DNA of 64,000 bases, taken from Chloroflexota bacterium (GTDB lineage Bacteria > Chloroflexota > Dehalococcoidia > Lucifugimonadales > SAR202-VII-2). The stretch covers positions 25,094-89,093 of the forward strand of contig QEVV01000006.1 in NCBI GenBank assembly GCA_003228115.1, given 5' to 3'. Both the position numbers and the translations under genes were made by a program. Every line of letters starts with the position of its first letter. Positions within the stretch are counted from its first letter, which is position 1. A model generated the notes under the pieces. That model was not told where the DNA came from, did not search any database, and worked only from the letters and a program-made list of their open reading frames with translations. Positions 61,889 to 64,000 of the stretch are shown here, in pieces.

Positions 61889-63214
61889 ATGGCTGAAGAT
61901 CACCAGGGATTTTTCGGTAGAGCGAACCAGATACTGCCGGTATCTATGCGTTACGGCCAGTATCGCTATTACTGGTTGGCTCTCTTCGCCGGCGTCACCG
62001 GCCACCAGATGCTGCTCCAGTTCACCATGGGCTGGACGATGTTCGAATTGACTGGGGAGAAGCTTGACCTAACCTATCTTGGTATGGCCATAGCGCTGCC
62101 GGCAATCTTTTTCAACCTTGCTGGGGGCATGCTGGCGGACCGGCTTGAACCCAAGTACTTGGTGGCTGGGGCTCAGGCTGTGTCTGCAACCGTGGTTGCC
62201 TGGCTTGCCACTATGGTACTGACCGGTGGGGTGGACGTGTGGCACCTCTTGGTCACGGCAGCCGTTATAGGGTCGGTTCAAGCCCTTGACCAGCCCAGCC
62301 GAGCCAGCGTGTTCGCTCGTTTGGTACGGTCTGAGCACATCGTTAACGCAGTTGCCATGGAATCGATAATTTGGAATGCCGTGCGCATTCTGGGCCCCCT
62401 CATCGCTGGGGTACTGGTTCAACGCGTGAGCATCGAGGCCTCAATGTTCACCACGGCTGCAACGTTTTATGTACTGGGATCGGTCGTATCGATCTTGCGC
62501 CTCCGCCAACGGCCCCCTGCGCAGGGACAGGTCTTGCGACAGGTTGTTGCTGGCATCGCTTATGTCAGAGGTCATTCGATTTTCTCACTCATCATGCTGC
62601 TGACGTTTTGTAACAGCATGTTCGGCATGGCGTATGTCTACCTCATGCCGGTGTTTGCCAAAGAGGTTCTGGACGTGGGAGCGGAGAAGATTGGATGGCT
62701 TTTCGGGGCCACAGGCTTCGGCGCTATCTTGGGTACTCTCGTCATCGGCAAGCTGAAGGCCCACCATCCACTAGGGCTGATCATGCTGGGCGGCGCGATT
62801 CTTTATGGGGTTGGACTTCTACTCTTCGCACTGGCCACCAGTAAACAGATGTATCTGGCGTCCATGGGGATATTGGTTGCCACTGGGGCCGTACATTCTC
62901 TCTACATTACCGGAGGAATTGCCGCGCTCCAGAACTTAGTGCCTGATCAGATACGGGGTCGGGTAATGGGTCTGTACGCCATAACTTGGAGCTTGGGGCC
63001 CCTGAGCATGGCGTATGGAGGACCGGTGGCCGATGCGTTTGGGGCGCCTCAGGCTGTAGCCACGGGGGCGGCTGTGGTCATAGTAGTGGCCGTAGCGATC
63101 CTCGTCGCTAGTCCCCAACTGCGCTCTCTTCCCGTTCGGGTTTCCGACGCGGTGCGAGACTCCTATCAACTGATGCCTACGAGCCAACCGGGGCGTGGGG
63201 ATGCCCCTCACTAG
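61889..63214 (+). CDS. MFS transporter (EntS/MFS_3-like)
   Basis: YRYYWLALFAGVTG N-terminus and about 12 TM segments. ATG 61889 is preferred over track start 61823. Confidence 0.8.
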   Translation: MAEDHQGFFGRANQILPVSMRYGQYRYYWLALFAGVTGHQMLLQFTMGWTMFELTGEKLDLTYLGMAIALPAIFFNLAGGMLADRLEPKYLVAGAQAVSATVVAWLATMVLTGGVDVWHLLVTAAVIGSVQALDQPSRASVFARLVRSEHIVNAVAMESIIWNAVRILGPLIAGVLVQRVSIEASMFTTAATFYVLGSVVSILRLRQRPPAQGQVLRQVVAGIAYVRGHSIFSLIMLLTFCNSMFGMAYVYLMPVFAKEVLDVGAEKIGWLFGATGFGAILGTLVIGKLKAHHPLGLIMLGGAILYGVGLLLFALATSKQMYLASMGILVATGAVHSLYITGGIAALQNLVPDQIRGRVMGLYAITWSLGPLSMAYGGPVADAFGAPQAVATGAAVVIVVAVAILVASPQLRSLPVRVSDAVRDSYQLMPTSQPGRGDAPH

Positions 63215-63250
63215 CCATAGAACCGCCGCGGAAGTTCTAGCGCTTGGGGG

Positions 63251-63553
63251 TCAGGCGGAGGTTAGGGGCTGCACATCTTCTTCGATAGAAATTCCTCGGT
63301 CGCTGATGAACAGGTCCCAGGGCGTAAATGAGGCAACGAACTCCTTAGCCTCTTCAAGCGTTTCGATGTCCCGCTGGGCGCGTTCTGGGTTGTAGCCAAA
63401 GGTAACGGCAAACGCATCGAACCCGCGTTTCGTTGCTCGGATGCCGCCGATCCTCTCCTCTTTCTCTCCGTTGGCCAACACAAGGCGTAACCCCTGCTTG
63501 GCGGTTTGCCAGTAGACTCTCACCGATGCCTGTTCGGCCAAGGGACACCTCAT
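63251..63553 (-). CDS. Hypothetical protein
   Basis: 100-aa ORF with no recognised motif and no clear RBS. It is the only ORF of plausible composition in this gap. Confidence 0.35.
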   Translation of the reverse strand: MRCPLAEQASVRVYWQTAKQGLRLVLANGEKEERIGGIRATKRGFDAFAVTFGYNPERAQRDIETLEEAKEFVASFTPWDLFISDRGISIEEDVQPLTSA

Positions 63554-63674
63554 GTATAAAGAAAAGTTTTAGTCACTACGAGTATATCTACATCCAGGTA
63601 AACCGCCATCCCTAATGGGGGTCAGAGGAATCCGCCAACTGTAGTATCTTGGATTCATGATGTCTGGAGGAATA

Positions 63675-64000
63675 ATGCGCACCCTGGACCTGCACGGCCT
63701 GACCTGGCCTGAGGCTCAGGCCGCCTTCGTAGAGTTCTACAACCAAGCGCTGCGTAGGACGGGGGCGAACGCTTCCGGCCGGCTGGACGTTGTGCATGGC
63801 TACGGCTCCACTGGTACGGGCGGAGTGTTGCGCACCCGCCTCAGAGGCTTCCTTGAGCGCCAGCAGACCTTCCTTGAATTCCAGGCGGGAGAAAGCTGGG
63901 ACGGCAACCCCGGCCACACGCTCGTTGTTCCCTTGAAACCTCTGCCCGTTGTAGCCGAGGGGTTGGAAGAGGAAATCTGGGCCTACTGTGCGACACCTCG
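63675..64000 (+). CDS. Smr-domain protein, partial (runs off the window end)
   Basis: Not in the ORF track. ATG 63675 follows GGAGGAATA. The translation MRTLDLHGLTWPEAQAAF...LDVVHGYGSTGTGGVLRTRLRGFL fits the Smr pattern (LDLHG...HG.G...L). The frame is open to position 64000. Confidence 0.75.
   Translation, partial: MRTLDLHGLTWPEAQAAFVEFYNQALRRTGANASGRLDVVHGYGSTGTGGVLRTRLRGFLERQQTFLEFQAGESWDGNPGHTLVVPLKPLPVVAEGLEEEIWAYCATP

Noticed and set aside
63612-63917. 101-aa minus-strand ORF near the right edge
   Set aside because: It is antisense to the Smr-domain frame, which has an RBS and the domain signature.
1-64000. Scan for CRISPR arrays, tRNA/rRNA genes, IS elements, integrases, phage or defence-system genes
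   Set aside because: I recognised no spaced direct-repeat arrays, no tRNA T-arm/acceptor patterns, and no transposase, integrase, reverse transcriptase or nuclease-NTPase signatures in any long ORF. The only repeated DNA is the RRM paralog pair and the short tandem repeats listed above.

Overview
This is a gene-dense 64-kb chromosomal segment with about 60 protein-coding genes. I found no rRNA, tRNA, CRISPR array, transposase or integrase. The DNA is moderately GC-rich by eye, most genes carry GGAGG-type ribosome-binding sites, and many convergent gene pairs are separated by perfect GC-rich hairpins. Most of the content is paralogous catabolic or redox enzymes: 3 amidohydrolase-2 proteins, 2 Rieske oxygenase alpha subunits, 2 PhtD-like decarboxylase-family proteins, 4 SDRs, 2 HyuB-type proteins, 2 alpha/beta hydrolases, 2 split-barrel flavoproteins and 4 MFS transporters. 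Housekeeping islands are interspersed: bioB-bioA-bioF-(KAS II)-bioD, purU, panB-like, thrC, glpX, msrB, a DEAD-box helicase and a thioredoxin-TPR protein. There are also three RRM-type RNA-binding proteins, a GYD protein and a CSLREA-motif surface protein. This mix suggests a Chloroflexota-like (SAR202-like) marine heterotroph, but that is inference from gene content only and no search was run. The observations most worth follow-up are: (1) an aminotransferase/LicC-like/LicD-like cassette with no choline kinase or transporter; (2) a FabF-type condensing enzyme inside the biotin operon; (3) two cysteine-lacking Asp/Glu-racemase-superfamily paralogs flanking a hydrolase; (4) two orphan HyuB genes, each next to an SDR; (5) a conserved promoter plus ~110-nt leader shared by two RRM genes; (6) a cold-shock-protein 5' fragment fused to the end of a secreted-protein ORF; (7) a TetR regulator with three copies of one palindromic operator; (8) several genes whose conserved N-termini lack a canonical start codon or are frameshifted. 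Two real genes run off the window edges and are absent from the supplied ORF track. All functional calls come from motifs I read in the translations. No database searches or computations were run.
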